A stretch of 64,000 nucleotides of DNA from Thermoanaerobaculia bacterium (GCA_963719225.1 CAVRAY010000001.1:1056001-1120000); one strand, 5' to 3'; shown: positions 22,999 through 33,835, numbered from the stretch's first letter. A program made the numbers and translations. Notes: generated from the letters alone by a model not told the origin.

Positions 22999-23469
22999 TC
23001 ACTTCCCGAGCATCTTCCCCGCCATGACGAGCTGGCCGACGTGATACGCGTTGTGGTCGAGGACGAGAAGGACCGACCTGAGGTACGACTTTCCTTTCGC
23101 GTGCGGGATCGCCGCCGTCAGGTCGGGCACGCGCGCGAGGAATTCCTCGAGAGCCTTCCGGTCCTGGGCCACCGCCTCGACGCTTTTTTTCCAGCTCGAC
23201 GCCGAAGGCGGCGCCGGCCCCTTCGGCCAGTAGTCGTCCGGCCACGCCCCGGCCTCGTAGTCGGGCTGCGTGCAGAACTCGAGGAGATCGCGCTGCGCGA
23301 GCCGGATGTGCTCGAGGAGCTCCCACGGCGAGTGCTGGAAGCCGTGCGGCCTCTTGCCGCGGGCCTTCGCCGGGATCCTGGCGACCGCATCCTCGAACGT
23401 CAGATGGGCCTCGCCCCAGCCGAGGGCACGGGAGACGTGCTGCCGGAACGCGTCGTCGCTTGGCGTCAT
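22999..23469 (-). CDS. DinB family protein
   Basis: SPWELLEHIR...DHNAYHVGQ. Confidence 0.85.
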   Translation of the reverse strand: MTPSDDAFRQHVSRALGWGEAHLTFEDAVARIPAKARGKRPHGFQHSPWELLEHIRLAQRDLLEFCTQPDYEAGAWPDDYWPKGPAPPSASSWKKSVEAVAQDRKALEEFLARVPDLTAAIPHAKGKSYLRSVLLVLDHNAYHVGQLVMAGKMLGK

Positions 23470-23479
23470 CGGACCTCCC

Positions 23480-24124
23480 TCACTTCCGGAGCATCTTGAA
23501 CGCGTGATCCCAGCTCCCCGCGACGGCGCCGTACTGAACCCAGAGGATGCACATCGGCTCGAGGAGGCGCGCGCCCTCGATGCCGCCGAGGTCGACCGTC
23601 TCCCAGCCGAATGCCTTGCACACGTCGGCGGCAGCGGCGCGGGCGGAGGGATCGTTCCCGCAGAGGAACATCGTCGGCGGGCCTCCGGGGAATTTCGGGT
23701 CGACCATGTGCTTGTTGCCCACGATGTTGAAGACCTTCACGACGCGCGCGCCCGGCAGCCAGCGCTGGACCTGCTCGCCGCCGGAGTCCGTGTGGCCCAG
23801 GGCGAGCTTCGGGGCCTGGTTCTGCTCGAAGAGGAGCGGGTTCGTCACGTCGAAGACGACCTTGCCCTTGAAGTTCTCGATTCCCGCGAGACGGAGCGCA
23901 CCTTCGGTCCCGCTCCAGAGCGTCGCGACGACCACGATCTCGCCGAAGGCCGCCGCGTCGTGGAACGTTCCGGGAGAGCCTTTCGCCCCGTGCTTCGCGG
24001 CCCACTTCGTGATCTTTTCGTTCGTGGCCTCCCGCGCGCCGAGCTTCACGTCGTGTCCGCGCGAGACGAAGCCGTCTCCGAGGGCCTGGCCGACTTCACC
24101 GCTGCCGAGGATTCCAACCTTCAT
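23480..24124 (-). CDS. NADPH-dependent F420 reductase-like oxidoreductase
   Basis: GILGSGEVG, DVTNP, VVKVFN, DLGGIEGARLLEP. Confidence 0.85.
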   Translation of the reverse strand: MKVGILGSGEVGQALGDGFVSRGHDVKLGAREATNEKITKWAAKHGAKGSPGTFHDAAAFGEIVVVATLWSGTEGALRLAGIENFKGKVVFDVTNPLLFEQNQAPKLALGHTDSGGEQVQRWLPGARVVKVFNIVGNKHMVDPKFPGGPPTMFLCGNDPSARAAAADVCKAFGWETVDLGGIEGARLLEPMCILWVQYGAVAGSWDHAFKMLRK

Positions 24125-24211
24125 GACGAGACCTCCGCCCGCCGCAAACGCGCGAAGCGGCACCGAAAATTCCAGGGCGTGAAAGAAAGGCACGTCCTAG
24201 AATAGTGATGG

Positions 24212-24664
24212 GTGTTCGAAGACATTTCGGATCCGTCCCGGAACGCCATTCCGAACTGGGGGGATACGCCTCCCATCGACTCCGACGAGGCGTCCCGCGC
24301 CGCGAGATTCTGGGCGGGCGCCGCGTTCGTTCTGGTCGCGCTGGATTCGTGGGTGGACTACAAGAGGCTCGCGAGCGCCGACCTCCTCCGGAATCTCGTG
24401 TTTCTAGGCTTCCTCGCCCTCGTCTGGCTCTTCCGGAGCGAGATCGCGGCCGCGCTGGCGTGCCTCATGACGCCTCTCTTCTGGTTCGGGGGAATGACCC
24501 GCTGGCGGGGCGTCCCCGTGGACAACTACTATCGGACCCGAGGCGCCCTCATTCTTCTCGGCGCGTGCGTAATCGCCGCGTGGTCGTGTCACCGCTACCA
24601 TCGGTTCAAGATGGAAGAGTCGGCGCTTCCCCCGGATTCGAACGACGGCGTAGGGCCTGCCTGA
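24212..24664 (+). CDS. Hypothetical membrane protein
   Basis: Several hydrophobic segments; start uncertain. Confidence 0.5.
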   Translation: MFEDISDPSRNAIPNWGDTPPIDSDEASRAARFWAGAAFVLVALDSWVDYKRLASADLLRNLVFLGFLALVWLFRSEIAAALACLMTPLFWFGGMTRWRGVPVDNYYRTRGALILLGACVIAAWSCHRYHRFKMEESALPPDSNDGVGPA

Positions 24665-24675
24665 CGCGCCGGGAG

Positions 24676-25113
24676 TCAGCCCGCGACGCCGTCGTAGCCG
24701 AGATAGGCTTCGAGGACGTTCACCTCGTGCTCGAGGTCGGCGATTCGCTCCTCCATGATTCCGCGCAGAGAGACCATCCCGACGACCTTCTTCTCGTCGT
24801 CGAGGATCGGGAGGTGGCGGATGTGGTGCTCCGTCATGCGTTCGGCGGCTTCCGCGTCGTCGGCGTTCCCGGGCACCGCCAGAACCGGCGACGTCATGAC
24901 CGCGAAGACGCGTGTCTTCGCCGGATCCTCGTGCGCGAGGATGATCTTGTCGAGGATGTCGCGCTCCGAGAAGATCCCGACAAGCTCTTTTCCTTTGAGG
25001 ACGACCACCGCCCCGATGCGGTGCTTCACCATGACCTTCACGGCCTCTTCGACGGTCGCGTCGTGCGGAACGCTCACGGCGGGTCGGGATGAATTCCTGA
25101 GAAGCTTCGCCAT
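24676..25113 (-). CDS. CBS domain protein
   Basis: VGIFSERD, VMTSPV, IRHLPI, VGMVSL. Confidence 0.9.
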   Translation of the reverse strand: MAKLLRNSSRPAVSVPHDATVEEAVKVMVKHRIGAVVVLKGKELVGIFSERDILDKIILAHEDPAKTRVFAVMTSPVLAVPGNADDAEAAERMTEHHIRHLPILDDEKKVVGMVSLRGIMEERIADLEHEVNVLEAYLGYDGVAG

Positions 25114-25190
25114 GATGGACTCCTCTCGCAGGTTCGCGCCTGGAGTCAATCTGGGAGCCGCTCCTCAGTGCGCTCCATGATGCAGGTGTC

Positions 25191-25985
25191 TCATCGGGCG
25201 CGTGCGTAGCCCGGTTTTCGGTCTCCGAGCACCGGGAACTTCGCCCGCGCGTCGGCGACCTGCGCGGGATCCACGTCCACGAGGAGGACCGTCTCGATCT
25301 CGGCGGCGCTCGCGAGCGTCTCTCCCCACGGCGAGATCACGGCCGAGTCACCCGCGTGATGGAACCCCTTGCCGTCGTCTCCCACGCGGTTGACGCCGGC
25401 GACGTAGCAGAGATTCTCGATGGCACGCGCCTTCAGGAGGAGCTGCCAGTGCGCGCGCCTCCGTTCGGGCCAGTTCGCGACGACCGCGAAGAGATCGGTC
25501 CCGTCCGCGGCGAGGCGGAAGGGCTCCGGGAAGCGCAGGTCGTAGCAGACCTGCGGCGTCACGCGCGCGCCTTCGATCGTCCACGTCACGACGCTGTCGC
25601 CGGCTCCGAACGCCTCGTGCTCGCCCGCGAAGGAGAAGGGGTGGAGCTTCGTGTAGCGCGAGACGTCGCCCTCCGGCGTGACCCAGAGCGCGTTGTTCCG
25701 CGGCAGCTCCGACGGCGCCCCGGCGGCGTCGCACGTCTCCGCGAGGCCCGCGATGAGGTGCAGCCCGAGGCCGCGCGCCATTCCGCGAAGCCACTGCTCG
25801 CTCGGGCCGCCCGGCGGCTGGGCGATCTTCACTCCGTCCAGAGAGAAGCCCGTCGCGAACATCTCCGGCAGGAGGGCGAGGTTCGCGCCGCCGTCGGCCG
25901 CGCGCTTGAGCAGCTTCGCGGCGCGGGCGTGGTTCGCCTGCCAGTCTTCCCAGGCGAGGTCCATCTGCAGGAGCGCGACGCGCAC
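25191..25985 (-). CDS. Carbon-nitrogen hydrolase (omega-amidase-like)
   Basis: LPEMF, YTKLH, VCYDLRFPE, ARAIEN. Confidence 0.9.
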   Translation of the reverse strand: MRVALLQMDLAWEDWQANHARAAKLLKRAADGGANLALLPEMFATGFSLDGVKIAQPPGGPSEQWLRGMARGLGLHLIAGLAETCDAAGAPSELPRNNALWVTPEGDVSRYTKLHPFSFAGEHEAFGAGDSVVTWTIEGARVTPQVCYDLRFPEPFRLAADGTDLFAVVANWPERRRAHWQLLLKARAIENLCYVAGVNRVGDDGKGFHHAGDSAVISPWGETLASAAEIETVLLVDVDPAQVADARAKFPVLGDRKPGYARAR

Positions 25986-26047
25986 GGCGGGATTATGGAC
26001 GCGCCCGCGGGGACGCGCCGGTATGATTCCGCCCGAACGGAGATCGC

Positions 26048-26329
26048 ATGGCCACGAAAAAAGGCTCATCCGCCGCGGAAAAGTTCAACGACGCGAAGGC
26101 GCGCGTCGAAAAACTCTCGAAGCGGCCGTCCAACGACCAGCTCCTCGACCTCTACGCGTTCTACAAGCAGGCCACTGAGGGGGACGTTTCCGGCTCGCGG
26201 CCGGGCATGCTCGATCTGAAGGGCCGCGCGAAGTACGACGCCTGGGCCGCGCGGAAAGGACTGTCCAAGGACGACGCGATGAAGAAGTACGCCGCGCTCG
26301 TCGACAAGCTCGCGGCCGAGCTGGGCTGA
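26048..26329 (+). CDS. Acyl-CoA-binding protein
   Basis: LYAFYKQATEGD...KYDAW...AMKKY. Confidence 0.92.
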   Translation: MATKKGSSAAEKFNDAKARVEKLSKRPSNDQLLDLYAFYKQATEGDVSGSRPGMLDLKGRAKYDAWAARKGLSKDDAMKKYAALVDKLAAELG

Positions 26330-26378
26330 ATCCCGGGGTCGCCGGCGAACGGCCCCGCCTTTGCTAGCGTTTTCCGAC

Positions 26379-27188
26379 ATGAAAACTCTGCAAGGGCTCG
26401 TCGCCACGGCCGTCGCCTTCCTTGCCGCGAACGCGGCCTTCGCGAAAGTCGTCACGAAACCCGTCGTCTACGAACACGCGGGCACGAAGCTGGAAGGCCT
26501 CCTCGCGTACGACGACGCCAAGACCTCGAAGGGAAGGCTCCCGGGCGTCCTCGTGATTCCCGAGTGGTGGGGGCTCAACGCGTACGTGAAAAGGCGCGCC
26601 GAGCAGATCGCCGCGATGGGCTACGTCGCCTTCGCCGTGGACATGTACGGGCAGGGCGTCGTCACGGAAGATCCGAAGAAGGCGGCGGAGCTCGCGGGTC
26701 AGTTCCACGGGAAGCCGCTCATGGCCGAGCGTGCGAACGCCGGCCTCGAGCAGCTCCTGAAGATGGACCGCGTCGATCCGAAAAAAATCGCCGCGATCGG
26801 CTTCTGCTTCGGCGGCTCCACGGCGCAGGCGCTCGCCTACAGCGGCGCGCCGCTCGCGGGCATCGTCAGCTTCCACGGCGGGCCGGTGAACGCTCCCGCG
26901 TCGGCGGCGGGCAACGTCAAGGCGAAATTCCTGCTCCTCAACGGCGCAGACGACCCGATGGCGAAAGCGGACGCGCGGGCGGCGCTCGAGAAGTCTCTCG
27001 AGGAGGCGAAGGTCGACTATCAGTCCGTCGACTACTCGGACGCCGTCCACGCGTTCACGAACCCCGATGCGGACAGGCTCGCGGCGGCCGGCGGAATGAA
27101 GGGCGTGATCGGCTACAACGAGACCGCCGCCCGGCGCTCCTGGAAGGCCATGCAGGTCTTCTTCGAGGAGATCTTCGGCGCACGCTGA
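26379..27188 (+). CDS. Dienelactone hydrolase family protein, secreted
   Basis: Signal peptide; PEWWGLN, GFCFGG, HAFTNP. Confidence 0.9.
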   Translation: MKTLQGLVATAVAFLAANAAFAKVVTKPVVYEHAGTKLEGLLAYDDAKTSKGRLPGVLVIPEWWGLNAYVKRRAEQIAAMGYVAFAVDMYGQGVVTEDPKKAAELAGQFHGKPLMAERANAGLEQLLKMDRVDPKKIAAIGFCFGGSTAQALAYSGAPLAGIVSFHGGPVNAPASAAGNVKAKFLLLNGADDPMAKADARAALEKSLEEAKVDYQSVDYSDAVHAFTNPDADRLAAAGGMKGVIGYNETAARRSWKAMQVFFEEIFGAR

Positions 27189-27212
27189 GCGGCGGCCCGT
27201 CTCTTCACGACT

Positions 27213-27458
27213 TCAATCGAGCTGCAGGTCCAGGCAATCCCGGTCCGCGATCGCTTCGCGGGGCGAAATGGTTCCCGGCAGCGCGGTGGAGGCCGTCTCG
27301 GCCCGGGCGCCCCCGACGGACGAGGCGGCGGTCTTCGTGGAAGTTCCTCCCGCCGCGAGCAGAGTCCCGGCCGCCAGCGCCAGAACCGCCATGGCTCCCG
27401 CCAACCCCGCTCTCGACCTCATCTTCACCGTCTTCGCCTTCGCGCGTTCGATTCTCAT
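27213..27458 (-). CDS. Small hypothetical exported protein
   Basis: Basic N-terminus plus hydrophobic stretch; AAGGAGG RBS upstream. Confidence 0.55.
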   Translation of the reverse strand: MRIERAKAKTVKMRSRAGLAGAMAVLALAAGTLLAAGGTSTKTAASSVGGARAETASTALPGTISPREAIADRDCLDLQLD

Positions 27459-27494
27459 GGTGCCCTCCTTGGTTCTGATCCCGAAGGGCGTAGA

Positions 27495-27509
27495 GCAAGG
27501 GCGAGGCCA
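27495..27509 (-). promoter_or_regulatory. Putative sigma54 (-24/-12) promoter
   Basis: TGGCCTCGCCCTTGC, correct GG-N10-GC spacing. Confidence 0.6.
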
Positions 27510-27581
27510 CCTCATCGCGCCAACGCAACTCTCTGATTTTCAGCGGGGTTTTCTTTCGCGCGTGCCTGGCGTCACATCCGA

Positions 27582-27600
27582 TCGTCCGCATTGCGGACGA
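27582..27600. promoter_or_regulatory. Palindromic putative enhancer (UAS) for the adjacent bEBP
   Basis: TCGTCCGCA-T-TGCGGACGA about 75-90 bp upstream of the sigma54 element; could also act as terminator hairpin. Confidence 0.45.
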
Positions 27601-27606
27601 CAGTTT

Positions 27607-28956
27607 CTAGTTCCTGGACACGACGATCCCGTACCTGCGGATCTTCTGGTAGAGCGAGCTGCGCGAGACGCCGAGCGACTCCGCCGCGCGGCTGATCCGC
27701 CCGCGCTCCTTCTCGAGCGTGATACGGATCAGGTCTTTCTCCGTCTCGCGGAGACTGCCGTCCCCGGCAGGCTGTGGAAGGGCCGACGGCGCGGGCTCGA
27801 ACGAAAAATCCTCGGGTCCGACCTCCTGGCCGTGCGAAAGCAGGACGGCGCGCTCGAGCGCGTTGCGCAGCTCGCGGACGTTCCCCGGCCAGCGATGGAG
27901 ATGGAGCTTCTCGAGAGCCGCGGGTGCGAGTCGCATCGGCTCGCGATCGAGCTCGAGGGCGATCTGCCCGAGGAGCAATTCCACGAGCGTGTCGAGATCG
28001 TCGGGCCTCTCCCGAAGCGGCGGAATCTCCAGGAGGACCGTGTTGATCCGGAAATAGAGGTCGGCCCGGAATTCCTTCCTCTCGACCAGGGCGTCGAGGT
28101 GCTCGTGCGAGGCGGCGATCAGGCGGATGTCGACCTGGCGCTCGCGCACGTCGCCGAGGCGCCTGAATTTCTTCTCCTCGAGGACCTTCAGGAGCTTCGG
28201 CTGGACGGAGAGCGGGACGTCCCCGATCTCGTCCAGGAAGAGCGTCCCCTTGTGCGCGACCTCGAGGAGCCCGAGCTTCGTGGCGACCGCGCTCGTGAAG
28301 GCGCCCTTCTCGTGGCCGAAGAGCTCGCTTTCCAGGAACTCCGGAGAGAGCCCGGCGCAGTTCAGGTCCAGGAAACATTCCTCGGCGCGAGGCCCGTTGC
28401 GGTGGATCCAGGCGGCGAGGACGCCCTTGCCCGTGCCCGTCTCTCCGCGGATGAGAACCGGGACGTTCGCGCCGGCGACACGCTGCGCCCGGTCGTGGAG
28501 CAGGCGGATCGCCGGACTCGAGCCGCGGAAAGGGTCGATCTCTCCCCGCGCCCCGCGCGCTTCGTCGCGAAGGCGGCGGCGGCGGTTGCGCTGGTTCTCG
28601 AGCACACGGTCGACGACGAGAAGGAAGGCCGCGAGCTGCACGGGCTTCGTCAGGAACTGCTCCGCTCCTTCCTGGAGGGCCTGAACCGCGACGTCGAGCT
28701 CCTCGTAACGGGCGAGAACGACGCAGCCGACGCCCGCGTCGGCCCGCTTCGCGTGCGCGAGGATCTCGAGAGCGCTCCCATCCGGCAGGCGCGCGGCGAC
28801 GACGAGAGCGTCCGGTCTCGAGGTCTCGAAGGACTGGAGGGCGACCCGGCAGGAAGCCGCCTCCTGCACGTCGTACCCGTCGATTCGGAGCATGTTCCGC
28901 ACGTTCTCGCGGATCGCGTCATCCGCCTCGACGACCAGGATCCGTCCCTTCGTCAT
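27607..28956 (-). CDS. Sigma54-dependent transcriptional activator (NtrC-like, atypical receiver)
   Basis: [37 protein letters not shown], Fis-type HTH. Confidence 0.92.
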   Translation of the reverse strand: MTKGRILVVEADDAIRENVRNMLRIDGYDVQEAASCRVALQSFETSRPDALVVAARLPDGSALEILAHAKRADAGVGCVVLARYEELDVAVQALQEGAEQFLTKPVQLAAFLLVVDRVLENQRNRRRRLRDEARGARGEIDPFRGSSPAIRLLHDRAQRVAGANVPVLIRGETGTGKGVLAAWIHRNGPRAEECFLDLNCAGLSPEFLESELFGHEKGAFTSAVATKLGLLEVAHKGTLFLDEIGDVPLSVQPKLLKVLEEKKFRRLGDVRERQVDIRLIAASHEHLDALVERKEFRADLYFRINTVLLEIPPLRERPDDLDTLVELLLGQIALELDREPMRLAPAALEKLHLHRWPGNVRELRNALERAVLLSHGQEVGPEDFSFEPAPSALPQPAGDGSLRETEKDLIRITLEKERGRISRAAESLGVSRSSLYQKIRRYGIVVSRN

Positions 28957-29017
28957 GCGCCGCCCCCCACGAACATCGGCGGCATTCTCCACCCACCGCT
29001 CTGCTAGGCTGAAAGGG

Positions 29018-30430
29018 ATGCGCGCGACCCTCTTCTCGAAGGTCTGGGACCTTCACGCCGTCCGCAAGCTCCCGACCGGGCAGACGCAGCTCTTCGTGGG
29101 TCTCCACCTCGTCCACGAGGTCACGAGCCCGCAGGCCTTCGAGATGCTGCGCGTGCGCGGCTGGAGAGTGCCGTTCCCGTCTCGCACGGTCGCGACGGTG
29201 GACCACATCGTCCCGACGAAGAGCATCGCGCGGCCCTTCGCCGACGCCCAGGCCGAGGAGATGCTCACGTCGCTCCAGCAGAACTGCCGCGAACACGGCG
29301 TCCCGTTGCACGACCTCGGCTCGTACGAGCAGGGCATCGTGCACGTGATCGGCCCCGAGCTGGGGCTCACGCAGCCCGGCATGACGATCGCGTGCGGCGA
29401 CAGCCACACTTCCACGCACGGCGCTTTCGGCGCGCTCGCGTTCGGCATCGGAACCTCGCAGGTCCGCGACGTCCTCGCGTCGCAGAGCCTCGCCCTCGAC
29501 CCGCTCAAGGTGCGGCGCCTCGACGTCGGGGGCACGCTCCATCCCGGGGTCTACGCCAAGGACGTCATTCTCGCGATCATCCGCCGGCTCGGCGTGAAAG
29601 GCGGCGTCGGGTACGCATACGAATACGGCGGCGAAGCCGTGTCGCGGATGTCGATGGAAGAGCGCATGACGCTTTGCAACATGTCCGTGGAGGGCGGCGC
29701 GCGCGCGGGCTACGTGAATCCCGACGCGACGACGTTCGCGTACCTGAAGGGGCGGCCCGCGGCGCCGTCCGGCGACGCCTGGGATCGCGCCGTGACCTGG
29801 TGGACATCGATGGCGTCCGACCCGGACGCGCGCTACGACGACCGCGTCGCGCTCGACGCCGGCGCCCTCGAGCCGCACGTGACGTGGGGAATCAACCCGG
29901 GCCAGAGCGTGAGCGTTTCGGGCCGAGTCCCGAAGGCTTCCGACGAGGCGCCCGAGGCGCGCGCGCAGGTCGCCGAGGCGCTCGACTACATGGGCTTCTC
30001 CGGCGGCGAGACGATTTCCGGCACGAGGATCGACGTCGCCTTCATCGGGTCCTGCACGAACGGCCGGCTGTCGGATCTCCGCGAGGCGAGCCGCGTCGTC
30101 AAGGGCCGGAAGGTCGCGTCGCACGTGAAGGCCCTCGTCGTTCCCGGCTCGAATGCGGTCAAGGCCGCCGCCGAGAAGGAAGGCCTCGATTCGGTCTTCC
30201 GCGACGCGGGCTTCGAGTGGCGCGGAGCGGGGTGCTCCATGTGCCTCGCGATGAACCCGGATCGGCTCGAGGGGCGGCAGGTGTGCGCGTCCTCGTCGAA
30301 CCGCAACTTCAAGGGCCGGCAGGGGAGCCCGACCGGCCGCACGCTCCTCATGAGCCCCGCGATGGTCGCGGCGGCGGCGCTGGCGGGCGAGGTGGCCGAC
30401 GTGCGGCCGATGCTCGGAGGCGGCCGATGA
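29018..30430 (+). CDS. leuC: 3-isopropylmalate dehydratase large subunit
   Basis: [47 protein letters not shown]. Confidence 0.96.
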   Translation: MRATLFSKVWDLHAVRKLPTGQTQLFVGLHLVHEVTSPQAFEMLRVRGWRVPFPSRTVATVDHIVPTKSIARPFADAQAEEMLTSLQQNCREHGVPLHDLGSYEQGIVHVIGPELGLTQPGMTIACGDSHTSTHGAFGALAFGIGTSQVRDVLASQSLALDPLKVRRLDVGGTLHPGVYAKDVILAIIRRLGVKGGVGYAYEYGGEAVSRMSMEERMTLCNMSVEGGARAGYVNPDATTFAYLKGRPAAPSGDAWDRAVTWWTSMASDPDARYDDRVALDAGALEPHVTWGINPGQSVSVSGRVPKASDEAPEARAQVAEALDYMGFSGGETISGTRIDVAFIGSCTNGRLSDLREASRVVKGRKVASHVKALVVPGSNAVKAAAEKEGLDSVFRDAGFEWRGAGCSMCLAMNPDRLEGRQVCASSSNRNFKGRQGSPTGRTLLMSPAMVAAAALAGEVADVRPMLGGGR

Positions 30431-31035
30431 CGCTTCCCGCGATCCGCCGTGTCTCGGGCACGGCGCTCCCGCTGCGCGGCGACGACATCGACACGGACCG
30501 CATCATTCCGGCGCGTTTCCTGGTCTCGATCACGTTCGACGGGCTCGGGGCGCACGCGTTCGAGGACGACCGCCAGGCCGCGAAGGCGAAGAGGACACCG
30601 CACCCGTTCGACGATCCGCGCTTCTGGGGCGCGCGGATTCTCCTCGTGAACCGCAACTTCGGCTGCGGCTCGTCGCGCGAGCACGCGCCGCAGGCGATCG
30701 CCCGGGGCGGCATCCGCGCCGTCGTGGGCGAGTCCTTCTCGGAGATCTTCTTCGGGAACGCCGTCGCGATCGGCCTGCCGTGCGTCACGCTCCCGCGCGA
30801 AGACCTTGCCGATCTCCAGAGTCTCGTGGAGCGCGACCCGAAAGCCGCTCTCTCGCTGGACCTCGAGGCGAGGACGCTGATCGCCGAGGGGAAGGAGCTG
30901 CCGGTCTCGATTCCCGGGAACGCGCGCGAGGCGTTTCTCTCGGGCAACTGGGACGGGACGTCGATGCTCCTCGAGCGCTTCGAGGACGTGGAAGCGGTGG
31001 CCGCCCGCCTGCCTTACGTGGCGGGCTTCCCGTAA
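30427..31035 (+). CDS. leuD: 3-isopropylmalate dehydratase small subunit
   Basis: [27 protein letters not shown]. Confidence 0.96.
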   Translation: MTLPAIRRVSGTALPLRGDDIDTDRIIPARFLVSITFDGLGAHAFEDDRQAAKAKRTPHPFDDPRFWGARILLVNRNFGCGSSREHAPQAIARGGIRAVVGESFSEIFFGNAVAIGLPCVTLPREDLADLQSLVERDPKAALSLDLEARTLIAEGKELPVSIPGNAREAFLSGNWDGTSMLLERFEDVEAVAARLPYVAGFP

Positions 31036-31949
31036 TGATGCGGCGAGCCCTTCTTCTCGCGAGCGTGGCGCTCGCGACGGTGTGCCGCGCCGAGGAGGAA
31101 CCGGGGATTTCTCTGCAGAAGAAGGCCTTCGCGGCCAAGGAGGCCAAGGATTACGCGGCGTGCGCGGCGACAATGGACCGGATCTTCGAGCGCGGCGAGA
31201 AGTCGATCGGCGCTCTCTACTACGGCGCGGGCTGCTACGCCCTCACGGGGCAAAGAGACAAAGCCTTCGCCGTTCTCGAGAAGGCCCTCGACCAGCCCGT
31301 CGACCGGAACTCGTACTTCAACTTCGAGCGGCTCGAACGCGATTCACGCCTCGATCTCGACGGACTGCGCGCCGACCCGCGTTGGAAACCGTTGGCCGCG
31401 CGGACGTCCGAGCGAAGAAAAGCCTTCCTCGCCTCGGAGGCGAGCGAGATGTTCCGGATCTACGTCGAGGATCAGGCGGACCGCTGGAGGCTGCCGCTCG
31501 ACCGTGCGTGGATCGCATCTCGCGACCGGGAACGCCGCGAAAGGACGAAGGCTCTGATCGGGGGCGGGCGGCTCCGGAACGCCGAGGACTACAACGAGGC
31601 TGCCTTCATCTTCCAGCACGGCAACGACTACGTGGACATAGGGCTCGCTCACGAGCTCGCCCGGAAAGCGTACGCGATGGAGCCCGACGGACTCGGCGTA
31701 CGCTGGACGGTGGCTGCCACTCTCGATCGCTATCTCTGGCTCGTCTGCCGCCCCCAGATCTACGGGACCCAATTCCAGATCACGGACGGCCGCTACACGA
31801 TCGAGCCCATCGATGCCGACCTGATCGACGATGCCGAGCGGGAACGCTGGGGCGTGCCGCCCCTTTCCGCCGCGCACGAGCGCGAGAAACGGCTCAACGC
31901 GGACCTCGCAAAGCAGGCAGCGGAAACGGAAAAGGCCGGGAAGAAATGA
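31035..31949 (+). CDS. Hypothetical exported protein with TPR-like helices
   Basis: Signal peptide; YYGAGCYALTG..DKAF; DQADR, IFQHG, PQIYGTQF. Confidence 0.65.
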   Translation: MMRRALLLASVALATVCRAEEEPGISLQKKAFAAKEAKDYAACAATMDRIFERGEKSIGALYYGAGCYALTGQRDKAFAVLEKALDQPVDRNSYFNFERLERDSRLDLDGLRADPRWKPLAARTSERRKAFLASEASEMFRIYVEDQADRWRLPLDRAWIASRDRERRERTKALIGGGRLRNAEDYNEAAFIFQHGNDYVDIGLAHELARKAYAMEPDGLGVRWTVAATLDRYLWLVCRPQIYGTQFQITDGRYTIEPIDADLIDDAERERWGVPPLSAAHEREKRLNADLAKQAAETEKAGKK

Positions 31950-31953
31950 AAAG

Positions 31954-31983
31954 AAAGGAGGGGGCAGGCCGCCCCCTCCCTTT
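31954..31983. terminator. Bidirectional terminator
   Basis: AAAGGAGGGGGC...GCCCCCTCCCTTT between convergent genes. Confidence 0.7.
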
Positions 31984-32010
31984 CGGTCGAGTTCGGGAAT
32001 CAGCGAATCG

Positions 32011-33090
32011 TCACGGACGGAAGACCGCGATCACTCCGGCGTGGTCGGAGGCGAAGGGCGGGGACACCCCGTCCGGGGGCAGCGCGGAGACCACCTGGTC
32101 GGAGCTGATCGCCTCCATGCCCTTCGAGAAGAAGAGGTCGATGCGTTCGAACGGTGCGAACGGAACGAAGAAGGGCGGCGCGGGGTACAGGTCCTCGAGG
32201 TAGAAGGGCCAGGTGAGCCCGGGATCACCGCTGCCGTGCGTCATCGGCCACGTCTCCGCGTAGCCGGCGGCCTGGATGAGACCGGCCGTCGGCGTGGCAT
32301 CCACGCCGGACCCGCCGTTCGCGTCGGAGTTGAAGTCGCCGCAGATCACGACGGGAATCGTCAGGTTGCGCAGCTCGTGGATCAGCTCCTCGGCCTGCGC
32401 GACCTGCACGTCCGTCGCTTCCGGAACGCCGGCAACGGGGCTCTCCAGGTGGGTCGTGACGAAGCGGAACTGCCTGTTTCCCATGTGGACGTCGGCCGAG
32501 ATCCAGCCCGCCGTGACCGTCAGCCCCGCGAACGGAAGGGCCGTGTCGAAGGTGCGCGCGTGGACGTTGGAGAGGTGGAGCTGGGGCGGGCGCAAGTCGG
32601 ACCTCACGAGGACGGCGTTCCGGTCCGTGAAGCGGAGCGCGCCGCCGATCAGGTTCCCGGGCGCGGCCAGGTCGGTCAGGCGGTTCACGGCGACGACGTC
32701 ATAGGGGACGCCGGCCGCGTTGAGCGCCGAGACGAGCAGGCTGACCTGGTCGAAGAGGACCACCGTCGCGGTATCGGGAGCGGGTCCGAACCGCCAGAGC
32801 GCCGCTTCCTGGAGAGCGACGATCTCCGGCTTCCGGGCGGCGATCTCGGTCGCCATCTGCGTCGCGCGCCCCTGGAAGTTGGACGCCTGGAGCTCGGCGA
32901 AGGTGAGGTCCACGGCGTCCGGCAAGTCGAATTGCCCCAGGAGCGCCCCGATGATGTACGTCTGATCCGTGCCGTCATCCATGTTCTGGGTCATGATCGT
33001 GACCGGCGCGCTTGCTCCCGGGTGAGCAGCCAGCGCCCCGCCGGCCAGGGCCAGGCTGAGAGCCACAAGAACCGTGAATTTTCGAAGCAT
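32011..33090 (-). CDS. Endonuclease/exonuclease/phosphatase family protein, secreted
   Basis: MTQN, ALQEA, TTHLES, GDFNS, RID, SDHAGV. Confidence 0.88.
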   Translation of the reverse strand: MLRKFTVLVALSLALAGGALAAHPGASAPVTIMTQNMDDGTDQTYIIGALLGQFDLPDAVDLTFAELQASNFQGRATQMATEIAARKPEIVALQEAALWRFGPAPDTATVVLFDQVSLLVSALNAAGVPYDVVAVNRLTDLAAPGNLIGGALRFTDRNAVLVRSDLRPPQLHLSNVHARTFDTALPFAGLTVTAGWISADVHMGNRQFRFVTTHLESPVAGVPEATDVQVAQAEELIHELRNLTIPVVICGDFNSDANGGSGVDATPTAGLIQAAGYAETWPMTHGSGDPGLTWPFYLEDLYPAPPFFVPFAPFERIDLFFSKGMEAISSDQVVSALPPDGVSPPFASDHAGVIAVFRP

Positions 33091-33190
33091 GAGCTTCCTC
33101 CTCAAGGACTTGACGAGATCCATTCGTTGGCTTGCGTCCGACTGTCGGGCGGCATTTCGATGATGAATATGGTTCCCGCCGGGCGGAGAA

Positions 33191-33293
33191 GTCCTCAGGG
33201 ATTCTCAGGATTCTTCTGGCGTTCGGGTTGATCCCTCGCGCCCTTCAACACCTCGAGGAAGTCACCAGAAAGATCCTGAAGAACCCTGAAGAC
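33191..33293. repeat. Imperfect long inverted repeat in intergenic region
   Basis: TCAGGGATTCTCAGGATTCTTCTGG ... CCAGAAAGATCCTGAAGAACCCTGA. Confidence 0.5.
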
Positions 33294-33340
33294 TCTCGGG
33301 AGCGGCTGAACCCATGTTCGCTGTCGGAAAGGAGCCACAC

Positions 33341-33802
33341 ATGAAGCGAACGCTCGCTCCCTCGCGAAACGCACTTCGCATCGGCCTCGCCGTCCTGGTC
33401 GCATTTCTTCTTCCCGCGTGCAACAAGAGCCTCGGAACGATCGATTTCTCCGGCCCGTTCGACATGCAATGGACCATGCTTCGGGTCTACGTTCAGAATT
33501 CAGCTTCTTCGGAGATTCTCATTTCGCATCAGGGAAGTACCGCGCAGTCCGCCCCTGCGGGCCAGACCGTCTATTTGACGCCGTACAGTTCCTTGACCGC
33601 CCTTCCAACCTCGGACTGGTTCTTCATTCAGCGTCAGTCCGGGACGCTTGCCCGCGTTTCCTTCCAGCCGTTGCACTATCCGGAAAAGAAGGGTGACGTG
33701 AAGGACACGACGATCGTGATCGCGGAACCCTCCCCGGGTCAGTTCACCGCGACGGCCGAGCCGGGCTGGATTCGAATCGTCTCCGTGACCCCGATGCCGT
33801 GA
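33341..33802 (+). CDS. Hypothetical lipoprotein
   Basis: AAGGAG RBS; lipobox-like LLPAC. Confidence 0.6.
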   Translation: MKRTLAPSRNALRIGLAVLVAFLLPACNKSLGTIDFSGPFDMQWTMLRVYVQNSASSEILISHQGSTAQSAPAGQTVYLTPYSSLTALPTSDWFFIQRQSGTLARVSFQPLHYPEKKGDVKDTTIVIAEPSPGQFTATAEPGWIRIVSVTPMP

Positions 33803-33835
33803 GGAGAATCGAAGGCAAGCGCGGCCTCGGATCCG

